Assembly: GCA_012295275.1 (NCBI GenBank)
Contig: CM022667.1
Span: 12,276,001 to 12,340,000, forward strand
Length of the DNA stretch: 64,000 nucleotides
Direction of reading: 5' to 3'
Source of the DNA: Chrysomallon squamiferum
Taxonomy: Eukaryota > Animalia > Mollusca
Below, in pieces: positions 14,740 to 27,714 of the stretch; the first letter of the stretch is position 1; the number at the start of each line of letters is the position of its first letter. A program made the position numbers and the translations under genes. A model generated the notes under the pieces. That model was not told the origin of the DNA and made no database searches. It saw nothing but the letters and a program-made list of their open reading frames with translations.

Positions 14740-15810
14740 CCGCTATGCATCTTATAACCGTTCCATTCCGCTCAGACAGACTCCGCGGTCAGAAAGCTTC
14801 ATTATATGTTTATCCTTCATTAGCAGTCCGTCGTTTTAACCCGCCTTCAATGGCGCATTGGAAAACACCACCGTCTTGTCGCGAAAACTTTGGCGACCTC
14901 TGACACGGGGTAACCGGCTCGCTCGAGATAATTGCCCTTTACTTTATTATCTTCTGTCCATTTTAATCAGCGGGCATCATCGGGAAAACATCTCCAAGCC
15001 GTGGTCTCTGATTTGTAATGTCAGCCGAGTTCCTCGGAGGACCGCATGTAATTAACGTTAATGAAATTGCCGTTCCCCCAAAAGGCCCACGGCTGATGAG
15101 TCGAAAAGGAAGAGTGATTAAAGATTCAAGTCTTTTGGCGGAGGCTCCGAGAGGCCTCTTTGGTTATGGCGGGTATTCCAGCCCAGCCAGCTGAATCTCT
15201 CTCTCTCTCTCTCTGCGCATCGCTTTGTCGCAACAACGACTGCACGAATCAGGGAAAAAAAAAAAAAAACGACCCGAAGCCTTTAATTTGCAGATCACAG
15301 GCGGTGTATTGGAGACTGCCAAACATGTGTTTAGGCCCGCTTCTACACTGATCCGAGTTATATGGACATTAGCTGATGTTAATGCCGGGGACGTCGGCCG
15401 CGGCATGACCATCAGCCGGCGATTGAAAGCGGTAATCTTCGGCACGCGACGTCGCTGACGCTATCCCAGATAAGAATCACGTCTTCGGATGAATGGTGGC
15501 CGTCTCGAATGCGAGCAGCTCCCATTTTCAGCCCATTCAGTAATAACAAAAAAAGCAGAGAAAAGTGAAGGGATTTCCGAAAGACGTGCATAAGCAACTG
15601 TACGAAGGTGGCCTGATAAAACGCCATCAATAAAAACGATCGTTTTCCCCTAATCTGTTCCAAAGATGCGACCCAAGTTGTGCTCTCGAAGCAGTAACGA
15701 GATTTGCGATACCGTGCCCAGACAGCCTGCTCCCAATGTTACTTATTACAAAACCAAAAGCAAAACGATCGTGAATTTTACAAGAAGGCATGCGATACCA
15801 GACACAGAGA
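14740..15810. promoter_or_regulatory. Candidate enhancer or conserved non-coding block
   Basis: About 1 kb of unique GC-richer sequence with repeated homeodomain-type cores (TAATTG, TAATCA, TAATTAA, TGATTAA). ORFs here are short, overlapping and uninformative. Confidence 0.3.
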
Positions 15811-16193
15811 TGGGTCTTTTTTTTCTTTCTTTTTTTAATAACAATAATAATAACGATAATAGAATAATCAGCAAAAATAATTCCCGTTTTTAACCTCGTA
15901 TTGATGTTATTAAATCCTACAACGAGTAGAAAGAGCGGTTAAGCAAATCGATGGTTCAATCAATAATATTTTTGCCCCGTTCGTGATGTTTTTGTTGGAT
16001 GGCCTCTGATTATTGTTATTTTGGAAAAGGGACAATGTTTTTATACGTTATTACAGATAGGGTTGCGTGTGGTCACCGTTTCGGCGTCTGATTTCTTGTT
16101 GTGAGGAAATCAAGCAGTGGCAGTGAACTCATTCAGACGATTGGAGGCTCATCATGGAAAGGATGAGGAAGGATGCTACATTAATATTTCATT

Positions 16194-16231
<38 letters not shown>

Positions 16232-16411
16232 TATGATATGATTACGAGTAGATCCTCTTTTGTATTTCTATGTTATATAAGACTGTTGTGATCAAATGTG
16301 AAAGACGTGCCTAGAGAGAAAAAAAAAATAGAAAGGAAGAGTATGAATGAATAATGTCTGTTGTTTATGTTTTTGATTTAACTCAGCTGGTACGTGTGTC
16401 TGAATGTGTCA

Positions 16412-16451
<40 letters not shown>

Positions 16452-17262
16452 GTTTTTCTGTTTATGAGTGTGGGCGAGCGCATAAATAAAGAAAAATTTC
16501 CAGTGAATGCTTGTCTGATCGAATATTTAAAATATCTTAGAAATCTATATGGTATTCTGTTGATTCTTAACTGCAAAATTATATTATCTAATTGTTTAAA
16601 AAGATGTGAAGGGGTTGGGGTGTTTTCGTTATATTTTTTAAACAAGCACATATATGTACATGTTCGTACATACCAAATACATGCATATACCACATGTGCG
16701 TATATGCTTCCATACTCCACACATATAAACAAATACTATACACAAACATTTACATACAGAAAGACACACACGCATGCACTTGTATATATATACACAGACA
16801 GAAACAAATAATATAAAGCATTTATGTAAATTCAGCATACATGCTAACCATTACGTTTTAAAATTATGCTGTTTTATTTCATAATACTTTCATTTCCCTA
16901 ATACAAAGTATAAAAAAATTACCGATGAGACTTGAAATCAATATATTATAAAATTTAAGAGCACAACCGGGAATTTTGTTACAAAAAAAACAACAAACAA
17001 AAAATCGAGAAAGTCCATTCAGAATCCTTTATCTTTTTGCTGTGTCACCTAACACCATTTTCCACACAAGTGGATCAAGTGAATTAAGTTGTTTTAGGTT
17101 TCCATTTCTCATTCAAATGACTGGTGTTTTGATTAGGTTAGTAGTGGTTCACGTTATCACCAGCGGGAAATCGTTTCGGGTAAGGCAACCCCATCGCAAA
17201 GGCCATCATTGTGTCTCATTTAGACTGTCATTTGTTAACTATTGACACGCGTAGACCACATA

Positions 17263-17319
<57 letters not shown>

Positions 17320-18125
17320 CGTTTATTTGTTTTTAATTTTTAAAATGTCATTAAATCTTTTCTTTTCGTTTTGCTTTATTTATTTATCTGTTTGCTTGCT
17401 TGCTTATTTGTTTATTTATTTATTTTTATTTTTTTTTTTTTTTTGTGTGTGTGTTTTTTATTTTATTTTATTTTACAACAGTGTATGTTATAAATTTTCA
17501 TTTACGAGGATATCATATTATTTTAATAATTACCCTTTTACTTCTTCATTAAATAAGAATTCCATTCATTCATGTTCGAGCTAATTATCTCCCTTGCGTG
17601 ACGTAAAGATAAAAAAAGAAGAAGAAAAAAGAACACACAAAAAAGCTGTTAGTTCGTTGACGACACTGAAGATGTTTAAATTAAACTAATTCCAGTACCT
17701 GACCTCTCCCCGTTTTAGACATTAACAGCCTACTGTACCCGGTGACACGTGACCAGACATGACGTATTGCAACTGTTACCCAGGTAACCATCGCAAGATA
17801 GCTATCAGTCCGACAGCCGGCAACAAATAGAGAAAACAAGTGTAACAAATGGGACAAGAGTTTCGTGTGAAAGGTGCGCCCCCCCGGGAGGCTCAAATCT
17901 CGCGGTGCATTTCCGAATCATCCCGAGAACTGAGTCTTTGATTAAGTACTAAGAACTCGTTCTGAATATTGCATAAAGTTTTCACAGGTCGGTCACGATA
18001 TCCGAGGATCGATACTCGTAAGGAGAAAGTTTGATCTTTGTTATTTCTAATTTGACTTGTGTCGTGTTGAGCGTATAGTCCGTGAAATCGAGAAGTCGGT
18101 GTTGAAATAAATATCAGCTAGTTAT

Positions 18126-18126
<1 letters not shown>

Positions 18127-18204
<78 letters not shown>
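18127..18204. repeat. (GA)n microsatellite
   Basis: Direct reading. Confidence 0.98.
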
Positions 18205-18206
<2 letters not shown>

Positions 18207-18839
18207 TGTTTTAAATTTGTGTGTTCATTTATAAATGAGATGAAATCAGAGAAGGAGACATTGAAATAAAAAGAGCAAGATAAACAAAGAGAGATGAAAA
18301 GTAGCAAACAAAACGAAAGAAAGAAGTTATCAGTTATTATATATGAAAGAGAGTTCTGGTCACAGAGAGATGGGATAAGAGATAAATTTCTAAAAGCTAA
18401 CACCTATGTAAAATCTTTAAATAAATGTTCGTTATGTTTTCGTGTTTATCAAGCGAAAAGGAATATAATTCATTGAAATAATATATCCACGAATATGGGT
18501 ATGAGCGAAAGAGTGATTTTTTGGCGTAAGACTGAATGCTAACTGATTTATTTACTATCCTACGTATTTCATTTTATGTTATTTCTCACTTCTGTTTTTT
18601 CTTCTTCTTTCTTTTTTTTTTTTTTTTCTTTAATAACCAGGGAAAAATATTTGTTTTTCATTCCACATTTGCTTTTTAACCTTTGACAGACATCTGTTCT
18701 GATATTTGTTTTAATTTCTGTACAAGGCTGTAAGTCATGCATACGTGCCAGATATAAAAAATCAACACTCTTAATGGCGTAGAAACTATTATTCATTCCA
18801 CGGCAATTAATCATTTATTCTTTCCAAAGTACAGGTTTC

Positions 18840-19300
18840 ACTTATCGCTAATATTTGCATAACAAGGAGCCAATCGGAAGTCCCTACTCAAAATGACGTC
18901 CGCTCACTTCCGTTTTCGACACAACCGAGAACCAATATGGCGGCCGATCGGAAATCCATAATCCATGACGAGGTTGCACGGCGTTAGCGATGTCATCAAT
19001 AACCACATCGCATGAGACAGACATTCATTAAGACGGCCGATACAGCTACAGCTACAGCTACAGCAATCCCCCCTTAAACAATAAGCGCCCTCCATGGCTC
19101 TTGTTTTGTCAAGCAACGCTCTGAAATTAGCGAGAGTGTTGTCTTTCCTTGCAAACAAGCAGCGCGCCATTTATTCTCAAGCACGATCGGTATTGTTATC
19201 GCTTGTTCCCTATTTTCGGATTGTTGTCGAAACACAAAGGAAGAGAAAACTGCAGGCTGTAGGCCGAGCGTCGTTGATCAACGCGTGCTTATAGAGCCGA
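18840..19300. promoter_or_regulatory. Candidate cis-regulatory island (Oct-Sox composite, CCAAT x2, ETS x2, half-CRE, YY1-like)
   Basis: ATTTGCATAACAAGG at 18853-18867, then CCAAT, CGGAAGT, TGACGT, CACTTCCG, CCAAT and ATGGCGGC within ~90 bp. CpG-rich. Function is inferred. Confidence 0.4.
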
Positions 19301-19829
19301 TAAAAAAATCAAAATCCAGCCAATGATGATCGCTTTTGGATTATTTTATATCTTTGAATTTTACAACGTTATTTCCGATCGGATTTTTTTTTTTTTTTTT
19401 TTTTTTTATATATTTTTTTTTTTTTTCTTGGAGATCGTATACAATTTTTATTAGGTTTTTTTTTTTTTTTTTTTCCCCTTCTTCATAACTGTTTTGTGTT
19501 GATCCGTGTATCGTATGTGCTGAAATATTACGCAGATTGATCAAAATGCTACACTTTTTTTTTCTCTCTCTCTCACTTTTATGGAGTTTGCGAAAAAGAA
19601 AGCCAAAGAACACACAAATCAGAAATGCATTGATTGCTTCAAAGATTTTAGAATCATTTTATTGTACTAAAATCCTAAACCTTATATCAGCACTGTCATT
19701 TTGATGATAATAAAATGTATTTTATTTTATTAGCAATTTGGTGTTGTTGCTGCCGTTGCTGCTGCTGCTGCTAGCTTTATTTTTAAACAAGGAAAGCAAA
19801 TAAATAAATAAATATTATTATTATTATTA

Positions 19830-19864
<35 letters not shown>

Positions 19865-20008
19865 CATCATCATCACCATCATCATCATTACTGGCATTTG
19901 GTATCGATATGAAGATGTTTTGGGTTTTTTTTTTTTAATTGTTGTGCAGTTTTTTGTTCTTTGTTGGCTGTTTTTATTTATTTATATATTTATTTATTAT
20001 TTAACTAT

Positions 20009-20039
<31 letters not shown>

Positions 20040-21109
20040 TTGTTCTTGTTGTTTAGGGAGGATCTGATGTTAGCTTTTTAAAATTTAATACTGCTATTAA
20101 TATCAGTCCTTTTGTTATTGTTGCTGCTGTTAAATATTAATAGTACTGTTACTATCGATGCTTATGCTAATACTGATATTGCTGTTACCCGCACAGATAT
20201 TGGCATTGCTATACTAATTCTATACATTATAACCATCGTCATCATCATTACCATCATAACTACGTGCATAGAGAATTGTTTTCGCTTCCAGCAGAGAAAG
20301 GAACCGCTGTAGGCGTGCTTAAGTCAACCAGACGTACTCACTAATCGCTTTCCTATTTTAAAAATTCATCACAACCTTCCTCTGACGTCACTGTCTTCTA
20401 AACACATCACGGTTTGTTTTATTATCTGTTGAAGTTTTCTTACCAGTCATCCGTAAACACACTTCTCTAGGTTTTGGATGGTCGTTTTTGATCATACGTC
20501 ATCAGTTGACGTAATATATACACCAGTCGGCAAAGTACTTGAACCACCACGCCTGTTTGTCGTACAGTAGCACTTAGCTGTGTCATTCGCTGAAAGAAGA
20601 CGCATAAGGAACAATGGCGGCGACCGGAAGTTCCGTTGTAAAAGAAAGTGTCTCAGGCCACAGTTGTTTTTTTCCCACGATGGTATACGTTTTATTTTTA
20701 CTTTTCTGTAAATTTCACAAAATGACTGGCTAATGTTGTCAGTTAATTAAATTAGATATTAATGGATTAAAATAAATAATCTATGATGTCGCAATAGTAT
20801 TTATAAATAAAATAAGAAGTATTTTATGAACAATAATAAAATACATTATTAATATTATTTCTTTAGAAATAGCTTTAGTTAAGTTAAAATATATTTCAAA
20901 CTGTAAAATAAAATATATTTCTGATCAAATAAATAACCACACACACAGACACACTCATACACATATACACACTAACTATATACATACATACATAAGTACT
21001 TACGTGCACACATACATGCACACAGACAGAAAGATCGAATTCTAAAATTAAAACTCAGCTTGCTACAGACACAAACAGACAGACAGACAGACAGACAAAT
21101 CGACAAAAT

Positions 21110-22370
21110 TATGAAATCGTTTCGTCATTCGAGAACGCGGGCACGAACTGTCTGGCTCCGTTCTTCACCTGCCAATCAAACTTAATTTAATAATGGAACT
21201 ACAACGACAACGACAATGTAAAACGCCGGGCGGACACGTGTGGCCTGCTTGTCCCGGGGTATCAATCTATCACATTTATGACAAAAAAAAAAAAAAAAAA
21301 ATTAAAAACAAAAAAAACCTCGAACGTCTGTGATCCCAGCGCCATTCTTTCTCAACCCCCCTCACCTCCCTCCCTCCCTCCCCTTATACCGTCTCCCCCC
21401 CGCCCGCCACGGAGAGCGGGAGCGCGTCATTATTAAATTATATCGAAATTATAAAACTACCATGCAGCGAAATTACTACAGAGATGCTCAATTAAATAAA
21501 AGCGATGCGCCGGCCGGCCGGTCGGTCGCAGAGTTTCAGCGCGCGATCCCCGTTTTCTGAACGAAACAATTCCGCATGTGTGCTCAATAACTGCTAAATA
21601 TTATTTGATATTCCAACCCTGTCGTACGCTGCCGAATTTCGGTGGCTTTTCGACGGAAGAAAAGATCGCGGCGAACTCTTCTTTTTGACGAGCCGAAATT
21701 TTCGAAACGACAATTGAAGTTAATTAGATGACACTGCCACTTTAGGGAGAAAAAAAGGGTATCGCCGCCTATTTTAGGCCGATATTTTTCTTTTCGCAAA
21801 CGGGCCAGCTCTCGCTCTCCAGTATCTATTTCCCTAATTAGTTTTGTGAATCCACGCGAGCCAAATCTCTGTCGATGAACGAGGGTGAGAAGAAGAGAGA
21901 AGTTTGAAGAGAAAAAAAAAAAAAAAAATTTGATAGAAGAAAGAAAGACAGAAAGAAAGAAAGAAGCAAGCAACTAAAGACTTTGAACGCTGAGATGATC
22001 TTGCAAGTACTCGCCAAGACATAATTTATTAAGAGATAACTTTAATTAAATTATTGTGAGAGATTTACGGGCAACGGTCGATGCGAGCGAGGTATCAATC
22101 ATCGCGGCATTTAACTGGGTAAAGGGGATTGTATCAGAATTTCATTCCACTTTGACGGGTTTTGTTTCTCTCTTTGAAATCGTCCCGCCAATTGGCGCGT
22201 TCTCTCGGTTCTGTTAACGGTTATTGCAGGAAAAATCTCGCACAGGCTTTTGCCGTTTGGGAATAAGCTAACACGTCCGTTATTATTTTTCCAAAGATTT
22301 TTCCAAATAGGTCTGCGCATTGTCTGATAAATTAGTTCCAGCATCAGATAGCTGTAATAATATTTTCTTA
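21110..22370. promoter_or_regulatory. Candidate enhancer or conserved non-coding block
   Basis: Long, CpG-rich, mostly non-repetitive island with many TAAT/ATTA cores and no credible ORF. Conservation cannot be shown from one sequence. Confidence 0.4.
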
Positions 22371-24434
22371 GATTTTTTTTTTTTTTTTCCAAACGTTTTA
22401 AATAAATATTTGATTGCCGATATTTGTTACTGAGTGAAGAAAAATAATACTTCTCGTCTGTAAAGATAAATAAATGATTGTTTTATTATTGTGTGATAAT
22501 GATTGATTATCATTGTCGTTCAGTGTTCGTGGTGATATCTTTATTATCATAATTATTACTACTAATGCTAATACTAATACTGATGCTTATATTGCTGCTG
22601 TGCTGCTGTTAGTATTATTAATACTGATACTACTAATAATAATATTTGCTACTACGTCTATTAAAATTATTATTAGTATTATTACTATTAGTATTATTAT
22701 CATTTATTAGTAGTAGTAGTTATATTAGTATTAGTATTATTTTTTAATATTAATATATTATTATTATTATTATTATTATTATTAGTAGTATTATTATTAT
22801 TATTATTACTATTATAACAAAAATAATTCATATTTCCAACAATTAAAACCGATTATTTACTGTTGCCAGAAATTTATCTTCATTTTAATAAATTATTATT
22901 TTTCTTGAAAACATAAATTGTTAGATTCACATTTATAAAATGAATAATACTTTTTTATTTTATTTATTTATTTTAATTATTTACTTATTTATGCGTTCTT
23001 TTGTTTGTTTTATAATTTTATTTATTCATTTATTTATTTTAATTTATTTAACTTTTTTATTATTATTTATTTATTTTAATTTTTTTTATTATTTATTTAT
23101 TTATTTGTTTGTTTAGTTGTTTGTTTATTTCATCCTTTTATTATTTGCTTGTTTGTTCTTTTTTTCTCTCTCTCTCTTTATTCTATTTATTATAACAAGA
23201 ATCCTTTTTATTCTATAACTTGACTCAGTTTACTAAATCTAATAAAATATGCTTTATTTTATTTTATTTTATTTTATTCATTTGTTTGTTTGTTTATATA
23301 TATATTTTTTATTATTTTATTTTTATTTATTTATGTATTTATTTATTTTTATTTATTTATTTATTTATCTATCTTTCTATTTATTTATTCCTTACTTAAA
23401 CAGTAATAAGCAGTGCGTAGAAATAAGAATTCTGAAAATGTGTTTTATTACGATAATCCTATATGCATGCATAACATATTAAATATATTAACTATATAGA
23501 CGGATGTGATTATATATGTATGTATGTATGCCTGGATGTATAAAACACTAGACTATTCTACATATATGTATGAATATATGAGTTCATGTGTGTGTATGTG
23601 TTTTTGTGTGTGTGTGGAGAGAGAGATAAATGCATATATAAATATAATGTATAAATCAGTATAATAATACTAATAAACAGTGCAATAACCATAATGGTGG
23701 ACCGTAATCAATATAATCTAAATATCGGAAAAATAAAAAGTATTTATTATATTCCAGATATATAAACAGACTGTACATTGTTGCATTTAAAACATTTTTA
23801 ATTATTAAATTTTTCTTATCATAAGCAATAACTGGGGTTTATTGACTGTTATACCGTGAGCATTATTTGCGTGTGTGTGTGTGTGTGTGTGTATGTGTGC
23901 GTGTGCGTATATGTTTTTGTGTGTTTGTGTGTGTGTTTTTTTTTGTTTGGTTGTTTAGTGTTATATATTTTACTTTTTGATTACTTAAATGTTTTAACGT
24001 ATTTTTACTACAATATTTAATTTTTTTAATTTTTTTTTTTTTTTTTTTATTTATATAAAACATCTGTACGACTGCTGGTTTCTTAGTTCGACACTTTTTC
24101 TTTCTTTTTTAAAAATTATTATTATTATTATTTTATTTATTTATTTATTTATCTGATGTTTTAAAAGACGTTTTAGGCTGCCGAGAATATTTGTATGTGT
24201 TTTTGTTTTAACTATTATTTTTTTTTTTATTTTATTTTATTTTATTTTAATTTATTTTATTTTATTTTGGATATATTTCTTTGTTGTTGTTGTTATTTTT
24301 GTTTTGTCTGTTTTATTTGCTCTGATTTTTTTTTCATTGTTGCTGTTGTTGTTTCTTTTTTATTATTCTTTTTTAAATTTTTTTATTTAATTTTGTTTTT
24401 TGAGGTAATATGAAATTATTATTATTATTATTAT

Positions 24435-24477
<43 letters not shown>

Positions 24478-27025
24478 GCTATTGGTTTGATTTCTTCTTA
24501 TTTGTTTTGTCTGTTTTGTTTAAAAGATATATATTTTAAGAACACTTAAGTTTTTAAGAATACAGCAAAACAGATACATTGAAATTAATAAATTTTATCA
24601 TTTCATATATTTCCTCTTAAATCGGCTCTTGTTCTGGTATAACATTTTAACTGCATACACAGGAAGTCTATAATAAAATGTCTAATGCAAATAATATTTA
24701 AATTACATAACAGAATGTAAATATTCATGAATAATCCATAGAAATAAATGGATATCTTACCAATAAAAGTTAAATCATGTGCACAATTGTGCACCGAGTT
24801 AAACATATTTAACAAATAAAATTTAATATCTTTAAATTTTAAATAGGGGTATTACATATAAAATCCGAAATATATACATATTCAGTGTATATAATGAGAT
24901 AGAGGTTAATTCTAAAAATATAAAATCTATATATTTTAATAGATATCATAGTTTTACATATGTAATAACATGCATGTATTGTTAATAGAATTTTTTTTTT
25001 ATATTTATTTTTTATTTAATTAAGTACATGTACACGGTCTATAGAATTATAACCTTACATGTGTAATTACATTTTCTCATCAACGCTTCTTTTCAAATTC
25101 GACCTCGGTTTCTTAGCGACGGTGACGTCATTTCGTCAAGAATAGCAATCAACGTTCCAGAGATAGGTTATCTCTTCCAATCACCTTTCAGAAACTTGTT
25201 CCATTTCCGGAGCGGCGTCTTCTGCCGATCAGACAACGAAGACGACAGGCGGCCATTATCGAACTTTCCCGAAGAGTGAAATCGCTTTTTATTTGGAAGG
25301 GAAGGCGCTTAGCAGTGCTTCGTATCTGTCACTGTGGCCAAGCGATAAGAAAGATTTGCAGACATGCAAAATTAAGTTGTTGTACACGCAATGTGTTTTG
25401 CTTGATTAGCTTGCCGAAAACCCATATAAATTTCACTTCGGCTGTCGCAACGATCACGAGATGTGGCGAAACGATCTCCGAACATTTTCGACAACTTTCA
25501 ATTAGCTGGCGACAATTTTATTTACCCAGGACGCGGAGATATCGGTGTTTGTCTTGGGGATTTAATTGGCACGATCCGTCTTTTCAAGACCAGAACGTGC
25601 GAAGAAACCAAAATTGACGATTCCAGAAGACCTCAGCATTGCATTTTCTTGTAAGCCACTTTTCTTTTAAATGCGCAATTTATTCCGGATTTTTTCCATC
25701 GTGCTAGTGATTTTTGGATCAACGTTCGGTTAAATTGTGTCATTATTTCCCCACACATTTTCCTCTCATAATCGCGTTAAGGTTTGAGTTTTGACATATC
25801 TACTCTTTCCCTTTCGTCTGCCGAAAATTCTTCGAGGGCAAAATCAAATTAAGATGTCTGAAGAATTTTCGTAGGAAGCTTACTTGTAAAAGTTGTAATT
25901 TATGTCTTTAGATTATTTTTGCCTTGATTGTCCTTCGATCGTTTAGGTTGGTGAAACATCTGTCTTCCTTGATTTTTTTTGTTGTTTTGGTGTTGGGTTT
26001 TTTTTGGTTTTTTCGTTGTTGTTTTTTTTGTTAATGTAGTTACTTCTTCGTCATCAAAACATGACTAAAACCGGATTTCCGTGACGTCTGCTTTGTTTTA
26101 TTGTGAGATTTAACAAATAAAGTTTTTTTTTTTCTCACTGCGATTTTTCTGTTAGCTTACTTAGTCTAAATTATTATTATTATTCCCATCATCATTATTA
26201 TAATTATCTTCAATAACAGTAGAATTTAAAATAGAAGAGATATATAGGAAATAATATTGGTAATAAAAGTAGTATAGATACAGAAGCAGTGGTAGTAGCC
26301 GTAGAGGCATTACTAGCAGCAGCTGTAGTAGCAGTAATAATAGAAGTAGTAGTAGTACCAGCAGCAAGTGAGGAGGAGTGATGGTGGTGTTATTGTTAAC
26401 ATCGTCACCATCTTCGACATTTGATTTTGCAACATCAAATAACATCTATAATGTATTGTTTTCGTTATTGGCCTCACGTTTCATTAACCTCGCTGAGAAA
26501 ATTAACAGTCAGTTGCGCAAATAATAGAATTTTAATCTTCTCGCGAGCGTCTTCAATTGCCATTTCTCTGCAGTTAAATGTCACGCGAACACCGCCATAC
26601 ATTTCACATCAAACACATTATCAGCTAAAACGGGAGCGATTGCATAACGGCCTTCCGTACTTTACTTTGTCTTTCCGTTTAATCTTCTTGCCTCGGGGAA
26701 ATCTTAGAATTAATGTTTGGTATGAAATTAAACACTTCAAGGTGTGCAATTTTATGTTCTTATCAAATATGGAGACAGGGCATCTCCAATCACTGATCAT
26801 AATTGCCTGCTCAAGAATTGTAAACACGTTAAAAGTGACGTAACTCGCAACTGTCGACTCTGTTTGTGAGTTCGATTCTCGTTGGTGGAATGTGTACTAA
26901 GTTTAGTGGGAATAAAATGGTTTTTTTTTTTTTTTTTTCATTGTTGCTGTTGCTGTTGTCGTCATTGTTGTTGTTTTGATGCTAATTTTGAAATCTACTA
27001 ATACAAAAAAATTTTCAGTTTTCAG

Positions 27026-27029
<4 letters not shown>

Positions 27030-27084
<55 letters not shown>

Positions 27085-27144
27085 ACTATTATTGTGATAC
27101 AGAGAGACAGACAGACAGTCAGACAAATAAATATATAGATAGAT

Positions 27145-27203
<59 letters not shown>

Positions 27204-27421
27204 TGTCATCTTTCTATCGATCTTTTTTACTGACTTTTTATACCATTTTCTGTATTTATGCTTTTATTTATCTGTATCTATCATTCTGTCTCTTTTCTAC
27301 ATGTCTATTTGTCTGCCTCCTCTGTACCTGTGTCTGTCTGTCTCTTTATACATTTGACTCTCTGGCTTTCTGGATCTGTCTAATTTCTGCCTTTCTGTGA
27401 AACTTTCTTCCTATCTATCAG

Positions 27422-27457
<36 letters not shown>

Positions 27458-27514
27458 ACTAACTGTCTAACTATATACGTACATATATGTATGTATTGAT
27501 ATATAGACAGATAG

Positions 27515-27585
<71 letters not shown>

Positions 27586-27649
27586 CTGATAGGAAGAAAG
27601 TTTCACAGAAAGGCAGAAATTAGACAGATCCAGATATCCAGAGAGACAA

Positions 27650-27710
<61 letters not shown>
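27030..27710. repeat. Compound block: (TAT)n, (GATA)n, (CTAT)n, (GATA)n, (CA)n
   Basis: (GATA)n at ~27138-27202 and ~27510-27584, (CTAT)n at ~27423-27456. Confidence 0.95.

Positions 27711-27714
<4 letters not shown>

Noticed and set aside
25276-26843. 113-aa and 140-aa + strand ORFs in unique islands
   Set aside because: Non-ATG starts, no domain similarity that I recognise, and overlapping opposite-strand or other-frame ORFs.
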